A stretch of 64,000 nt of DNA from Squalus acanthias (lineage: Eukaryota): NCBI GenBank assembly GCA_030390025.1, contig CM059432.1:84632001-84696000 (forward strand), given 5' to 3'. A program made the translations under genes and the position numbers. How positions within the stretch are numbered: position 1 is the stretch's first letter; each line of letters starts with the position of its first letter. Below are positions 11,469 to 24,661 of the stretch, one piece after another. Under the pieces are notes generated by a model, which was not told where the DNA came from, did no database searches, and was given only the letters and a program-made list of their open reading frames with translations.

Positions 11469-12170
11469 GGTCCGGATTTTGTGGTCAGCGATGAATGAAT
11501 GGTGCTCACCATTCATTACGCTTACACTTGCCCACAGAATTTCTGTGGGCTTTTACACTGCGATTTAAGGTTATCAGATAGTCAAAGCAGCGCGGAGCCA
11601 TCTACAGGGGATCTGGGACCTGTGTGAAGAGGGCAAGCAACAGCGTGTCTCTTCAACCAATCAGATTGAAGAATCCTTCACGCAGCGTCTAAACCAGGAA
11701 GTATAAATAAGAATATTTAATTCAGTGTAAAATCATGCACAGAAAGTAAAATAAAAGAATGAAAGAGAGAGATACAAGAGACAGAAAGAAAAACTAAAAA
11801 ATTACATTTTACATTTTTTTAAAAATCCCCAACAATAAATAAAATCTGAAGGAATGGGACTTCACATTTGTATAAGTAAATTTTCAGGGCAGAGAAGTTG
11901 TTTGGCAGTAATTAGACTTATCATGCCGTTAAAAATTCACTTACACTTTTCCTGGCTTGTTTATGTGGTGTCCAGTGGGAAAGTACCACAACTTCACGCC
12001 CTTCAACTGTTTCAGTGCCAAGTTTCCCGGCACAGCTTGTGGAGGAGCAGGGCAACTCGGGCAGCAACTTCCTGATTTCTGTGTTTAAATGCGCATGTGC
12101 GGATGTCGGTAGTTGGTGTCCGATTTACTCTTTAATAATGGTGAGGGCTGATAGCCTCACCGTTCTGTTC
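11469..12170. mobile_element. Probable non-autonomous Harbinger-type element, right end not resolved
   Basis: Begins GGTCCGGATTTTG, resembling family A TIRs, with an AT-rich core. No matching TIR or TSD found. Confidence 0.4.
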
Positions 12171-12489
12171 TGTAATACTATGGCCATGAAATTGGAGCCT
12201 TTAGCGCCGGGCATTAAGGCTGGCTTGAAGAAAAAATGGCGGCCACCCTGCTTCCGGCAGGTCTTGCAGCAGCTGCCATTTTGGGCAAGTCTGCAGCGTG
12301 TCGTTGCCTGCACTCGCTGCAGATATTTAGATGAGGTAGATGGTGACGTTAATGAGTGCGCAATGCTGATTTGACGCACGATCTGCCATTTTTAACGTCG
12401 CCGCTCCATTTAATGCACTCTCCTGATCACAACCAGCTGACCATGTGTTTAGCAGCAGGAAGGACTCCACAGCAGCCCTGCTCAGAGGC

Positions 12490-13000
12490 AACCAGACCTA
12501 CAGCCTCAGAGCAGAGTTGTGACGGCTCTCCCAGTGGCCCTCAAGGTCACCGTGGCCCTCAATTTTTATGCCACCGGATCTTTCCAGTCTGGAGCAGGCA
12601 ACATAGCTAACATCTCCCAGTTCGCCATCCATTGCTGCATCCGGGAGGTAACAGAGGCTCTGTACTCCAGGAGAAGGGACTTCATTGTCTTCTCTCTGAA
12701 CAGAGAGAAGCAGGATGACGTGCATGTGGCTTTGCCAGGATATCGGGTTTCCCCATGGTGCAGGGCACCATCGACTGCACACACGTGGCTTTGCGGGCAC
12801 CGTATACCAATCCTGAGATGTTCCATAACTGCAAAGGCTACCACTCACTTAGTGACTCTGCCACCTCCTGCAACAAGACCTCGAGCCTCAGATCAGGTCG
12901 ACCACGGCTCTCTCAGTGGCAGTCAAGGTCACCGTCGCCCTCAATTTCTTCGCCAGCGGTTCCTCCAGTCTGCAACAGGAGATATAGCGAACATCTCTCA
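12490..13000 (+). pseudogene. Harbinger transposase fragments (one segment present twice)
   Basis: [37 protein letters not shown], followed by a second copy of the VKVTVALNF segment. Confidence 0.85.
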
Positions 13001-13175
13001 TTCCATCCCTGTCACAGGCCATATCACAGAGCAAAGCTGAAATGAGAGACACCACAAAATCATCCAAAGCCCATGAATAAATTTATCAATAATCGGTGAA
13101 CACATATTTACAACAACAATATTAGCTATTCACCCTTGTGCAATCCATTAGTGCCTCTCGTTACAGTGCCTTTGC

Positions 13176-15028
13176 CTACTCTAGTGCTCCTAGAAGTGTT
13201 GGCCCAGTGGCTGCAGCATGGCAGATGAAAGGCTGCTGAGTGTCCGTGTGGGAGACTTCAGATGGCCTTGCATGACGCCCTCGACCAGCTCTGGCCCTGG
13301 AAGGCCCGGCTGTAGACTGCACCACCTCAGCATGGGCGGCAGCAGTCTGGGCTGGCTGGATGACAGGCAGCGACAAGGGCAATGGCGGCATGGCAGTGGT
13401 GAGATCAGGAATGCTGTCATCCTGAGAGAGGGCAGCAGGTTCCTGCTCCACTGACCTACTGCCACAACCCCGGGGCAGCACCTCAGCATCACTACCAATC
13501 TGCTAGAGCGCAGACTGCTGGTCTGCTGCGACACCGTGAAAGCCCCGGTGGACGGTGGTTGACCCAGCCACAATGGCAGCAGTCAGAGCTTGCGTGGCAT
13601 CAAGCTGAGACTGCATGAGAGCAGTCTGAGAATCAATGGCACCAACCATAGACTGCATTACAGCACTAAGACGTTGCGTGGCTTCCGCCAGTGCTGCAAT
13701 TGAAGCTGCGACATCGCCCATCACACGCAGCAGAAGGTCTGGGTCGCCACGGTCTCTCTGGGAGTTTACCATCCTTTCCAGACTGGAAATGATGGGCTCC
13801 ATGGTGTGCGCAGAGTTCTGTGCAATGTTGGAGGCGGACTCCTCCACGCTCTTTACCATTGCCGAGAGGCTCTCAGGCACCTTTGCCATTGCACCTATGA
13901 TCTCCGTGTGCATGCCCATCACCCTTCTTCTAAAGGCCTCCCCATCGATGTCCTCATCTGAGTCCTGTGCAGCAGACTTCGTGCCCGAACTCGCCTTCCA
14001 GGGAGCTGGCTCCCAAGCTACCCTTCCCCCTTGGCCTTGCTGCAGCCCACTCGTCCCCGGTGCATCACCCTGTGCAGATCACACTACTATACTAGCCTCT
14101 AATGAATGCGTAGTGCCAGTATCTGAGCTGGTGCCTGCAGGTGAGACATGCAGTAACGCGGTGTGTTCTTCATCCTCCTCTTCTCCCACCTCGCTCTCTA
14201 TGGTGCCCTCAGGGACAGGCTGCTCAGCTGTTTGCTCATTATCTGAAGGCATAAATGCACAAGAGTCGGGTTAAGGTGAGGGGAGGGGGGCAGGAAGGGA
14301 GAAAGTCATGCATACAGCATGATTAGCTGGAAAGTGCGAAACACTTGTGGGGTGAGGAGGAAGTGGAATGTGAGAAGGAGTAGGGATGAACATACCGTTG
14401 TTGTCCCCAAGGGGGTCAATGTTGCCGGTGGCCACGGCGCCCACCACCTGGTGCCCAATGATTTGCAGCACTCTATTCTCCAGCTCAGAAAGTAGTTGGG
14501 TGTCAGCTTGTCCCCCACCTGTGGGCTCCTGCTCCCTCCTGTTGTGAGTGACCTTGGCCTGCAAGAGAGAGGAAAGTGTGTGAGTGAGTGTGGAGCAATG
14601 TGTTTGGGAGATGTGCCTGCCCAAGTTGAATAGCTGTCATTGTGTGCAAGGTGTGTGATGTGGCTATGAGTGTTGGTAGGTGGAGATTGTTGGTGGGTGA
14701 GTGCTGGGGGTGTGGTGCTTTGGGCAGTGTGTGCAGACTGAGGTTTACACAGTGGTATGTAGCATTTGTTGAAGCATTGACTCACCCTGACCACCAGAGT
14801 GAGGTCGTTAAATTTCTTCCTGCACTGTGTGTAGGTCCTGGGGACCACAGTGCTACCCAAGACCTGCTGGGCCACCTCCCTGCACATGGCACGAAAGACT
14901 TGCGGCGAGGGCCTCCTGCCACTTGCCGGGTACAGCACCGCCCCCCGTCTCCCCACAGTGAAGACCAATGCCTTCAATGCCTGGTCGCAGAATCTGCCAG
15001 CTCTCTCCCTGGGTGGTTGATCTGCCAT
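13176..15028 (-). pseudogene. Harbinger Myb/SANT-like partner gene, 3 exons (15028-14786, 14558-14396, 14242-about 13176)
   Basis: Exon 1 RAGRFCDQALKALV..QCRKKFNDL; exon 2 HNRRE..TGGG; GT-AG introns of phase 0 and 1; stops in exon 3. Confidence 0.8.
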
Positions 15029-15394
15029 AATGACACCTCCTTCAATGGTTCGGTTCCTTCTCTTTGGCCTTCTGCTGCTTGCTGTGACAGTTGCAGAACC
15101 AGCAATGCTGAGAATGAGGTTCTGCAGCATGATTGAACCTCCCCTAGAACTGGAAAGAGCCTGTGGCAATGATGACTAGCAATTAGACTGCACCTGAAAT
15201 TGCTTAGCGCTTTGAGTCTAACGCCACTGAGCTAGGTCATTAGCGCTTGATTTAACGCTCCCATCCTTTCTTTGAGCGATGATACTGAATTTTGCGTGCA
15301 GCGAGATTCATTAGCGCCTGGCGCTAAATCTCAAACTTTTCCAAAGTTAGAGCCCATTCCTGGGCTATAATGAATTTTGCCCCAAGATATCCAT

Positions 15395-16445
15395 TCATAC
15401 TCCATCAGCAGCCTGTAAGTGAGTAGAGATTGTGGAATGAGGGGGAAGTGGGATGTGAGAAGAAGGATTAGGTATGAGCATACCGTCATCATCAGCAATG
15501 CTTTCAGCTTCTTCGCTCGCCACGGACTCTGTGACGGCCCCTCCAATTATGTCCAGAACTGCTTCCTTCAGCTCCATCAGGTCCTGAAGTCTGGCTTCCC
15601 CTCCACCCGTCTGCTGCTTCTTCCGCAGTTGTGTGCCACCTTTGCCTGCAAGGGAAAGGGTAGTTTGTCAGTGAGTGTGGTGCAATGTGTTTGGGTGATG
15701 TGCCTGCCATGGTTGAAAAACTGGCAAGGTGTGAGATGTGGGTGTGAGTCTTGCAGCAGTGGTAAGTGTGTGAGGGTGAAGTGAAGCTATGATTGTGAGG
15801 TATGAGTGGTGATTGCTAGAGATTGTTGGTAGGTGAGTGATGGGGGTGCAGTGCATTGAGCAATGTGTGAGGCTCGTGGTGCAGATGGTGGGATATGGCA
15901 TTTGATGATGCATTCACTCACCTTGACCACTCGTGTGAGGTCAGTAAATATTTTCCGGCACCGGATCCAGGTCCTGGGGAAAATACTCATCACAGTGACG
16001 GCTTGAGTTATCTCCTCCCACAGGCCTCTGCTATTCAGCCTTGAAGGCCTCCTGACCCCCTGCGGGTAGAGGACCTCACGGCGTCTTTGTACCCCCAAGA
16101 CCAAGGCCTCCAGTGCCGCATTCGAAAATAACCTTGCCCTTTCCCTTGGCTGTTGAGCCATGGCTCTGTCCACAATAACAATGAGGTGCTCTGCAACAAA
16201 GCCCCTCCCCTTTAAGTAGTGCAGAGAGCCGAGGCCAAACTTTATTGGCCAGTAGACTGCTCCCGATATTCCCCCCCCCACCCCACCCGTTCAGCGCTAA
16301 GCCAATCAGCAGCGCGTTTAGCACTGAGATCAGCGCTGCAGTCATTATAATGAGCAGGCAGCACAAATTTTGCGTGCTGCCTGCACCACTTTGAACGGGC
16401 GCGGGTACATTGCGCTGCGCGATGCCCACACCCGTTTTTGGGCCT
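15395..16445 (-). pseudogene. Second Harbinger Myb gene copy (exons 1-2, ATG at 16161) with upstream element end
   Basis: MAQQPRERARLFSNAALEALV..WEEI..RTWIRCRKIFTDL, with the same splice positions. Confidence 0.75.
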
Positions 16446-18184
16446 TATCCTATGATTTTATGATATATAGACAGTCTTGTCAGATTACACTTTCTTTTTA
16501 GTTAGTCACTGTTCTTTTTGTGAAAAGTATCTTCTTTCTGCTTTTCACTTGCCTGGAACACTTTTTATATTGCTAAATTTACCCCAAATCTATTACGAAA
16601 AATTTAATATACGTTTGAATTATACCACAGATACTGGTCTGATAGAGTGAAATGCTTAATTGGCAGACTCCAGTTATTTTGCTGAATGTGCATTGCACTG
16701 AGCTTAGTGTCAAAGCAGCTTTGTGCCTTTGTGCACTGAGACAAGAGTAGACCTCTGCTCCCAGCTGGCTAGTTTTTAATGTTATTAGAGTAGGTGCAGG
16801 AGATCTACACTCTGAACATTAAAATGAATGAAAGTTCCCAAGGGGGTTCTGCTTGAGCACTTTTAAACTACAGCTTGGTACCAGCCAGAAGTTATACTGC
16901 AACTGCTGCAAACTTCAAATGGTATGGGACAACCTGCTCGAAGTATCAGGACAACTATTAGAAGTGGTCGCACAATTCCTAGTGACAGTGTGCTGGCATG
17001 ACTCCCAAGCTTTAATGCCATTTTCACATAATCAAGCACCTGAACCCAAGTAACATCAATGCAAAATTGGCAATAAAGTTGTCCTACCTTGGTGTACTCC
17101 CAAACTGTTCAGCAAAGGAGCAAATAAAATCAGCATGACCCAATAGTTTTATTCCATCTTACGTGCCTCGTACATCGAGTAAATGATACAATAATGTTAT
17201 TGATGCCACTACAATGTTGCTCAGTGTATTTTAAGGCAATCTGCATATGTATCCTAAAGCTTCAATGTTTTTTTATTATGGAACCAGTATAATGCCTGCA
17301 AGAAGGTAATGAGATGGAATTTATGTAATCTTTTGACCCAGGGGATTGAAGCACCGGCTCACATTTCTATGACCTTCATTAGAATGCTTTGGTTAAATGG
17401 TATTTAATGATCATGGAAAACTTGAAGAACTCAAGCACTCCCAGTGCTCCTGGCCAACACAACTGATCTAAACTTTGCAAATTTGCTTATGTGGATTTGC
17501 AGGCAGGAAATATAGCTGTACTAGATGGGTTAGTATACATTGACATTGAGCCAAGATGGCCCATTTAATGCTTTCAAGGACTCTCCCCTAACAGTTTACC
17601 TACACATCTCATTCTAAAGGAATAGAGAGTAAGCCAAGCTCTTTATTTTAAATGCTTGTTTAAATTTTTATGTAGCAAGAAGAAAAAGATATAATACAGG
17701 AACGATCAAATCCAGCGCTTTGTAGTTTTTGAAACCATTACACTGTTGTCATAATTTCATTGATATGCTGAGGTCACTTTAGTCACTGGCTTAGGAGGGT
17801 CTGAGAACTGAGGGCTTTTTACTATTCCATGGTGAGGACAGAGTACTTGTATCTGATAACTTAAACAATTTGAATTCACATTTCAGATTTCAGAGATCGA
17901 AACACTGAACATCCATAGGTGATTCCTAATCCAAACCTCAAGCTAACTCTTCCAGTCACTCAGAAGTATTCACCTGCAATATTCTGCATCTTCCCATTCA
18001 TTACACAATAAGTATTCCAATCTCAGGCAGGACAGTTTCAAGTAAGCAAACTACCGAAAAAACAATTAAACTTTACCTGCAAATCTCAAGGGTTACCTCT
18101 CAAGACCTAGGCTTGCGAATAATATAAACACTGCTATGTGGAGAGTCCCGGCTGTCTTATATTTGTCAGTTGAAGCATCCTTAT

Positions 18185-18492
18185 GGCTGTTAATGCTGCT
18201 GAAGCACTTTTAGTGGCTGCACGCACGGGTGTGCTTTGGAGAGGGCGGCAAGAGGGGCAGCAATATCCAAAATGGATGAGCGGGCATCATCTTGGCATTG
18301 CACGCCGATTGAGGTCATGCTCCAACTAATTACAATACTTTCGGCGAGTGCAGGCAATGGCAGCACTGCCAACCTGCCAAAAATGGCGGCCACTGCGGGA
18401 CCCGTCGGCAGTGGGCGGAATACGATGGCCACAATTTTTGCCCCTAAAATGGGTCTTAACGGCCAGCGGTAAGACCTTGAATTTCTAGGCCA
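18185..18492 (-). mobile_element. Isolated Harbinger terminal fragment
   Basis: Ends GAATTTCTAGGCC. Its reverse complement is homologous to the ends starting at 12182 and 38933. Confidence 0.55.
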
Positions 18493-18980
18493 AATAGTTT
18501 CTAAAAGTTAATCTTATACACACCTTTTCAAACCATGCATGTTTGTAACAGTATACCAAAAGACGTTAATGTCTATTTTACGAGTACGATTTCTGGGTAG
18601 ATATTTTTAAGTCAATTTTATGGTTTGCCAAGATATTGATCGCCATCTTTCAACATGCATTAGTAAGACAGGAGGGTCAAATGTAGTCTTGAGCTGGAGA
18701 GAGGGCATCTGTCCAGATTCTGATGCATAGGCAATCTAACTGTTCAGGGGCAGACTAGCTCCTCTGAAATTGCACAGGATTCTTTGGGATTCTCATGGAA
18801 AAATGGGACAGTGACTGCTGATAGTACCGTACTAAAGAACCATTTATGGGCTACTTGGGAAATCTTTCAATTTTCCATATGGCCAGTCCGCCACTGTAAC
18901 TGTTGCATAGTGGGGCACAATTATTAAGTTCATGGTCCAATTACTTCCCATCTATATATCTGATCAATATCCTACACAAA

Positions 18981-20355
18981 GGGCTGGATTTTCATTGACC
19001 CGTGGAGGTGGGTTTGGAAGTGTGGGGGGGGTTAAAATTGCGAAAACTGGCGGGCGGGCACAAGCCCGCCTCCATGCAATTTTCATTAAATCGTGTCTGC
19101 TGGTCCCGACTCCGTCTCGCCTCTAAGAGGCGGGATAGGCTATTAAGGCCTTTAACAAGCACTAAATTGCCTCTATAATGCCATTTTGAAAGGCCTTTGT
19201 GATTTTAACCCTTTTTCTACGTGAAGCACGCCTGTTCTGAACCACGAATGTGAAACCTGGCGGGAGCACATTGGCTGGCTGGAGCACATTGGCTGGCTGG
19301 CTGGATGGATGGATGGATGGACGGACATATCTGGGAGTGGTGGTGCAAAAATATCTGGGAGCAGACTTAGGGCTGCTGCTGCTCATTTTGCATCCAAGTC
19401 CTCTCACAGCAAAGGCCAGGCAGTCTTTGCAGACCTTTAATGCAGCAGCAATGATGACATCATCAATCTTTTTATTCAAGTACAATAGTACTTATACAAT
19501 TCATCAATTACATAGTAAACCATTACATTCATTGCTCACAATAAACAATAAAGCCTTAAGAACAGCTTTATGATTAACAATATAAATGCAATGATAAAAT
19601 TTTACAAATAAATCAACAAGTTTACAGTACAAATACCCTTAAATAAACACACACAAACTCTATAGATTTAAAACAATAAATCTCAAAGTAAACTCCACAT
19701 AAAAGAAAACAATTTAACACCAGTGTACAAATTACATAGCACCATCATAATTCAATTAGATGCTACAAATATACTACTACCCGTTTACGCCAGTCCTACT
19801 GGCATCATTTATCCATTCAATTGTTCATTCGATCGTTCATTCAATCGTTCGTTCGTTCACTCGAGCGTTCGTCCGTTCGTTCGATCGAGCGTAAATTCCA
19901 ATGTGCATGTGTGCGTGCATACCATTTGTCTAAGTGCGTGCCTGCATGCGTTCGTTCATTCGATCGGATACCCAACGATCGTTCGTTCGATCGAACGTAA
20001 GTTCCAATGTGCATGCTTGCGCTCGCTCGTTCGTTCGTTCGAACGTCCACTATCGTTCGTTCGTTCGATCGAGCGTTAGTTCCAATATGTATGCGTGCGT
20101 GCGTGCGTACCATTTGTCTAAGTGCGTGCATGCGTGCGTTCGCTCATTCGTTCGTTCAAACGCTGAATGATGACATCATCAGAGGTGACTTTCAGACTGA
20201 AAACACTAATTGGGTCATGGGTTCCCACATGCTTGAACTCAATTGCCCAATTAGGTGAAAATCGCATCAATCTCCCACATCCAATTGCAGTTGGGTGGAT
20301 AACACGAAAAGTGGATGACACGACCCCAACCCGCCCCAGTATCAAAATCCAGCCC
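18981..20355. mobile_element. Harbinger MITE family A (1375 bp) with internal cargo
   Basis: TIR GGGCTGGATTTT / AAAATCCAGCCC, TSD AAA, arms homologous to 6406-7187. Confidence 0.88.
19815..20160. repeat. CpG-rich compound microsatellite (TTCG/ATCG/TGCG)
   Basis: Directly visible; a block containing TACCATTTGTCTAAGTGCGTGC occurs twice. Confidence 0.9.
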
Positions 20356-20929
20356 AAAGAAGCACAGGTGTGAGGTGTTGGTGCATATTGAGTCACCACC
20401 AAATATCAGGAAAAGAATGATTTAATAATAATTTTGTATTTATTAAATAAATAGTTTTGATGCAATCTGCTTTTCTCTTCACCTTTAAAAGCCTTCTTAA
20501 AATTCTTTGCATAAGCTCTTGACTTATGTCACCTCACCATGTCCACTCTTCTGGAATAATGATAAAATTAATGAATACAGGACTTCATGGAGCAATGCTT
20601 TAAATGCCATAACTTTGTTCATTGTTTTAAAAACCTTTCTGATTCATCTGGGGGTAAGTGTTTTCTCTTCATTATCCCTAGCATTGCCTTCCCTTTTAAA
20701 TGCATTTTGACCAAAAACATACCTTTCCTGTGTTAAATAGTGATTTTTTTTTGAAAAGCACATCTATAAGTATTTTACATAGATTTAAAAAGAACATCAA
20801 AGGGGCTACAAACTTGGTAAAATCACATTAGGAGTTAACCTCTTTAATAAGTATAGAATTTGGGCATTAGATCTTTGCGTCAATTTCTCTGTATGTTTGT
20901 TCTTATTTAGTGCAATCTGAGGCTAAGCA

Positions 20930-21345
20930 AAGAAAGAAAAAGAAAGAATGAAAGAACTTGCATTTATGAAGCACCTTTTATATTCTTGGAACATCCCAAA
21001 GAACTTCAAAGTCAATAAATTACTTTTGAAGTATACTCACTGTTGTTATGCAGGCAAATGTGGCAGCCAATTCACACACAGAAGAGTTGCAAACAACAAA
21101 TGAGATAAATGACTAATCTTCTTTTGGTGGTGTTGGTTGAGGGATACATTTTGGCCAGGGCTCTGGGAGAACTTCCCTGCTTTTTTTTGAATCGTGCCAT
21201 GAGATCTTTTATGTTCATCTGAACAAGTAGATGGGACCTTGGTTTAACAATTCTTCTAAAAGACAGCACCTCAATAATGGAGCACTCCCTCAGTACTGCA
21301 CTGAAGTGTCATGTCCTGCAGTGGGGCTTGAACCCACAACCTTAG
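20930..21345 (-). mobile_element. SacSINE1-like SINE, diverged
   Basis: Collinear with 44436-44866; (AAAG)n tail. Confidence 0.75.
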
Positions 21346-21374
21346 TTAGGAGGAAAGCTTACAAAAACCTTGAA

Positions 21375-21725
21375 CATTTCGGCCTTGAAAGGAGGTGAAT
21401 AAGAAGTGACCTTACAGAGGTGTATAAGATACTAGGTAGAATAAAAAAAAATAATCCAGAGTTCTACTTCAAGTTAAACCATAACTGCAGGATCAGGAGA
21501 CATAGGTACCAACTGATAAAAGCCTAATTCTGGACTGATGTCAGGAAGCACTATTTCTTACAAAGAGTGTTTAATATCTGAAATGACCTTCCAGTTAGGG
21601 TAACAGAAGTAAAAACTCTGGAATCATTGAAGAGGAAGTTTGATACTGTGGTGGGGGATAGCAGATTTCTAAGGAGTGATGAGCTAAATGGCTGAATGGC
21701 AGCCTCCTCTGTAGTTATCTTTGTG
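21375..21725 (+). mobile_element. Decayed CR1 3' end
   Basis: LERR..R.DLTEVYKI..R..F.QRV.N.WN.LP remnants plus a 3' UTR. Confidence 0.65.
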
Positions 21726-21861
21726 GCGTTGCCTATGTACACGAGAAGAAAAAGAGCAGAAACTATGGAATTGTCCTTTCTTGTTTAGACAGGTGTGTTA
21801 CGTTTTATCAAGAAATTTCATTCATGTTTTTGAACACAGGCAATAAAAATAAGTTAAAATA

Positions 21862-22085
21862 CTAACAAAAATTGCTGGAAATACTCAGCATGTCTGTCAG
21901 GATCTGAAAAAGAAAAGGCAGGTTAAAGTTTCAGGTATTACCATCATCAGTACTGGAAACTGGAAGATAAGAGGCTGATATAATTTCCAGCTCCCATTTC
22001 TGAAAAGAGATTACAGCTGATATGTTAACCTGCCTTTTTTCAGATTCTGAAATACTTGCTGTGTAGTTCCAGCATTATCTGTTTT
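21862..22085. mobile_element. Palindromic element made of two inverted Penelope pseudo-LTR ends
   Basis: Arms resemble 5525-5625 in opposite orientations; a degenerate hammerhead core lies in the left arm. Confidence 0.6.
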
Positions 22086-24661
22086 CACTGTCATAAAAAC
22101 ATTGGGTATGAAGGTATTTCATTACTGGTCTGCGTCTCTGCTTACAATCCAATCCAAAGATTGTCCTTGTCTAATTAGTATGCTTAAGAACATGCAATCA
22201 TGGAAGCTTTTCAATTTTTAATGTGAGTTATACTGATTCCATAAAAATGCATTCAGAGTAACAGAAAAAACAGTGCTGGTCTCGGTGAGGATAAAGTTTT
22301 TAAAAATCGCTCAAAAAATTACATTAAAACACCAGCAAAATGACTGTTCCATGCTGCACCTAAAATTCTGTGTTTAATTTTACACCCTTTTTCAGACAGT
22401 GTAATTGCAGCAAATGTATGTGTACGGCTCTCTCGCCTGGGGGGGGGAGCCATTATAATAAGCCCAGATGAATTCCGGGACAGGGGTCGCTAGATGCGTG
22501 TAAAAGAGCGAGGAAATTCAGGCATAGTGTAATTTTATGCATAACACACCTGCGCTCAAGATTCATTGATCTTTTACGCTAGGTATTTGCATTACGTCCC
22601 GATTACACGTGTCTGTGGGTGCAAATACACAGGAAATTCCAACCAGCTTTTGAGCTCTGCACCATTTCTGTTCTAATTAAACCTTAGAATGACAACAGGT
22701 TGCCTCCCTGGTGTGAGGGTCAAGGATGTCACTGAGCGGCTGCAGAACATTCTGAGGGGGGAGGGTGAACAGCCAGAAGTCACAGTCCATATCGGTACCA
22801 ACGACATAGGTAGAAAGAGGGATAAGGTCCTGCAGGCAGATTTTAGGGAGCTAGGAAAGAGATTAATAAGCAGGACCTTAAAGGTAGTAATCTCCGGATT
22901 ACTCCCGGTGCCACGCACTAGTGAGTACAGAAATAGAGCAGGATAGAGCAGATGAATGCGTGGCTGGCGAGATGGTGCAGGAGGGAGGGCTTTAGATTCC
23001 TGAGGCGTTGGGACCGGTTCTGGGGGAGGTGGGACCTGTACAAGCCAGACGGGTTGCAACACAACAGGGCCGGGACCAATATCCTGGTGGGGTTTAAACT
23101 AGCTTGGCAGGGGATGGGAACCTGAGCATAGATTCAGAAGGGAGAGAAGCAAAGCTGGAAATGGAAAGCAGTAAACCAGTAAGTGAGTTTGGAAGGCAGA
23201 GGAAACAAAGGCTAGAAAATAGACAACAAAGGGGTTTAGCAGTGCTTAATGGTATATACTTCAATGCAAGGAGTCTAGTGAATAAGGCAGATGAGCTGAG
23301 GGCACAGATAGACATGTGGAAACTAATACTGAAACATGGCTGAAAGAAGGGCAGGAATGGCAGCTCAACATTCCTGGTTACAGGGTTTTCAGATGAGATA
23401 GAGAGGGGGATAAAAAAGGAGGGGGGGGGTCGCAATATTGGTTAAAGAAACAATTACAGCTGTGAGGAGGGATGATATGTTAAAAGGATCTTCAAATGAG
23501 GCCATACGGGTTGAACTGAAGAACAAAAAACAGGCAATTACACTGCTGGGAGTGTACTGTAGACCCCCAAATAGTCAGAGGGAGATAGAAGAGCAAATAT
23601 GTAGGCAAATTTCTGAGAAGTGCAAAAACAATAGGGCAGTAATAGTAGGGGATTTCAATTACCCTAACATTAACTGGGATAGAATCAGTGTAAAAGGTAT
23701 AGAGGGCACAGAATTCTTAAAATGCATTCAGGAGAACTTTATTAGCCAGTACGTAGCAAGCCCATCAAGAGAGGGGGCGATTCAGGACTTCGTTTTAGGG
23801 AATGAAACTGGGCGGGTGAAGGGGTATCAGTGGGAGAGCATTTTGGTGGTAGAGATCATAATTCAGTTAGATTTAGTGTAGTTATGGAAAAGTACAAAGA
23901 TAGACCGGGAGTAAAAGTTCTCAACTGGGGAAAGGCCAATTTTACTAAGCTGAGATGTGATTTAGCAAAAGGACTGGAAGCAGCTACTTGAAGGCAAATC
24001 AGTGTCAGAGCAGTGGGAGGCATTCAAGGAGGATATAGTGAGGGTTCAGAGCAAATATGTTCCCACAAAGAAAAAGGGTGGGACTCCCAAATCTAGAGCC
24101 CTCTGGATGTCAAGGGACATACAAGGTAGGATAAGGCAAAAAAGGGAACCTTATGTCAAATACCGAGAGCTAAAAACTGCAGAAAGCCTAGAGGAGTATA
24201 GTAAGTGCAGGGGTGAAATTAAAAAGGAAATTAGGAAAGCAAAGAGAGGGCATGAAAAAATATTGGCAAGTAAAATCAAGGAAAACCCAAAGATGTTTTA
24301 TAAATACATAAAGAGCAAGAGGGTAACTAAAGAAAGAGTAGGGGCTATTAGAGACCAAAAAGGATGCTTGTGTATGGAGGCGGAAGAAGTGGGTATGGTT
24401 TGTAATGAATACTTAGGGCCGGATTTTGTCATTGGGAGCGGGTCAGGTGGTTGGCGGGTCCCGCCCCCAATGTGAGGCGGGACAATTGAGCGATTTTGTC
24501 CTAATTGGGCACTTGATTTCCAGTGTGTGGGAACCCCTGGCCCAAAGAGTATTTTGGTCCTGAAACTCGCCTCTGATGATGTCATCTATGCAGCTGCATT
24601 TAAGGCCTGCAAGCAGCCTTGGTTCATTTTATGCCATACAACTTTTTGCTGAGACTTCTGA

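Larger units (their letters stand above)
12182..15383. mobile_element. Internally deleted two-gene Harbinger element
   Basis: Left GGCCATGAAATTGG, right GAATTTTGCCCC. Plus-strand transposase fragments face a minus-strand Myb gene. TSD not matched. Confidence 0.7.

Noticed and set aside
16853..17295. Possible exons in non-repetitive sequence
   Set aside because: Splice-like sites exist, but the frames are short or contain stops and nothing is recognisable.
19723..20258. RSF-rich ORFs
   Set aside because: Translations of the TTCG microsatellite.
22357..22644. Additional small MITE (also 44207-44300 and 44937-45101)
   Set aside because: TIR-like ends are too degenerate and no TSD could be fixed.
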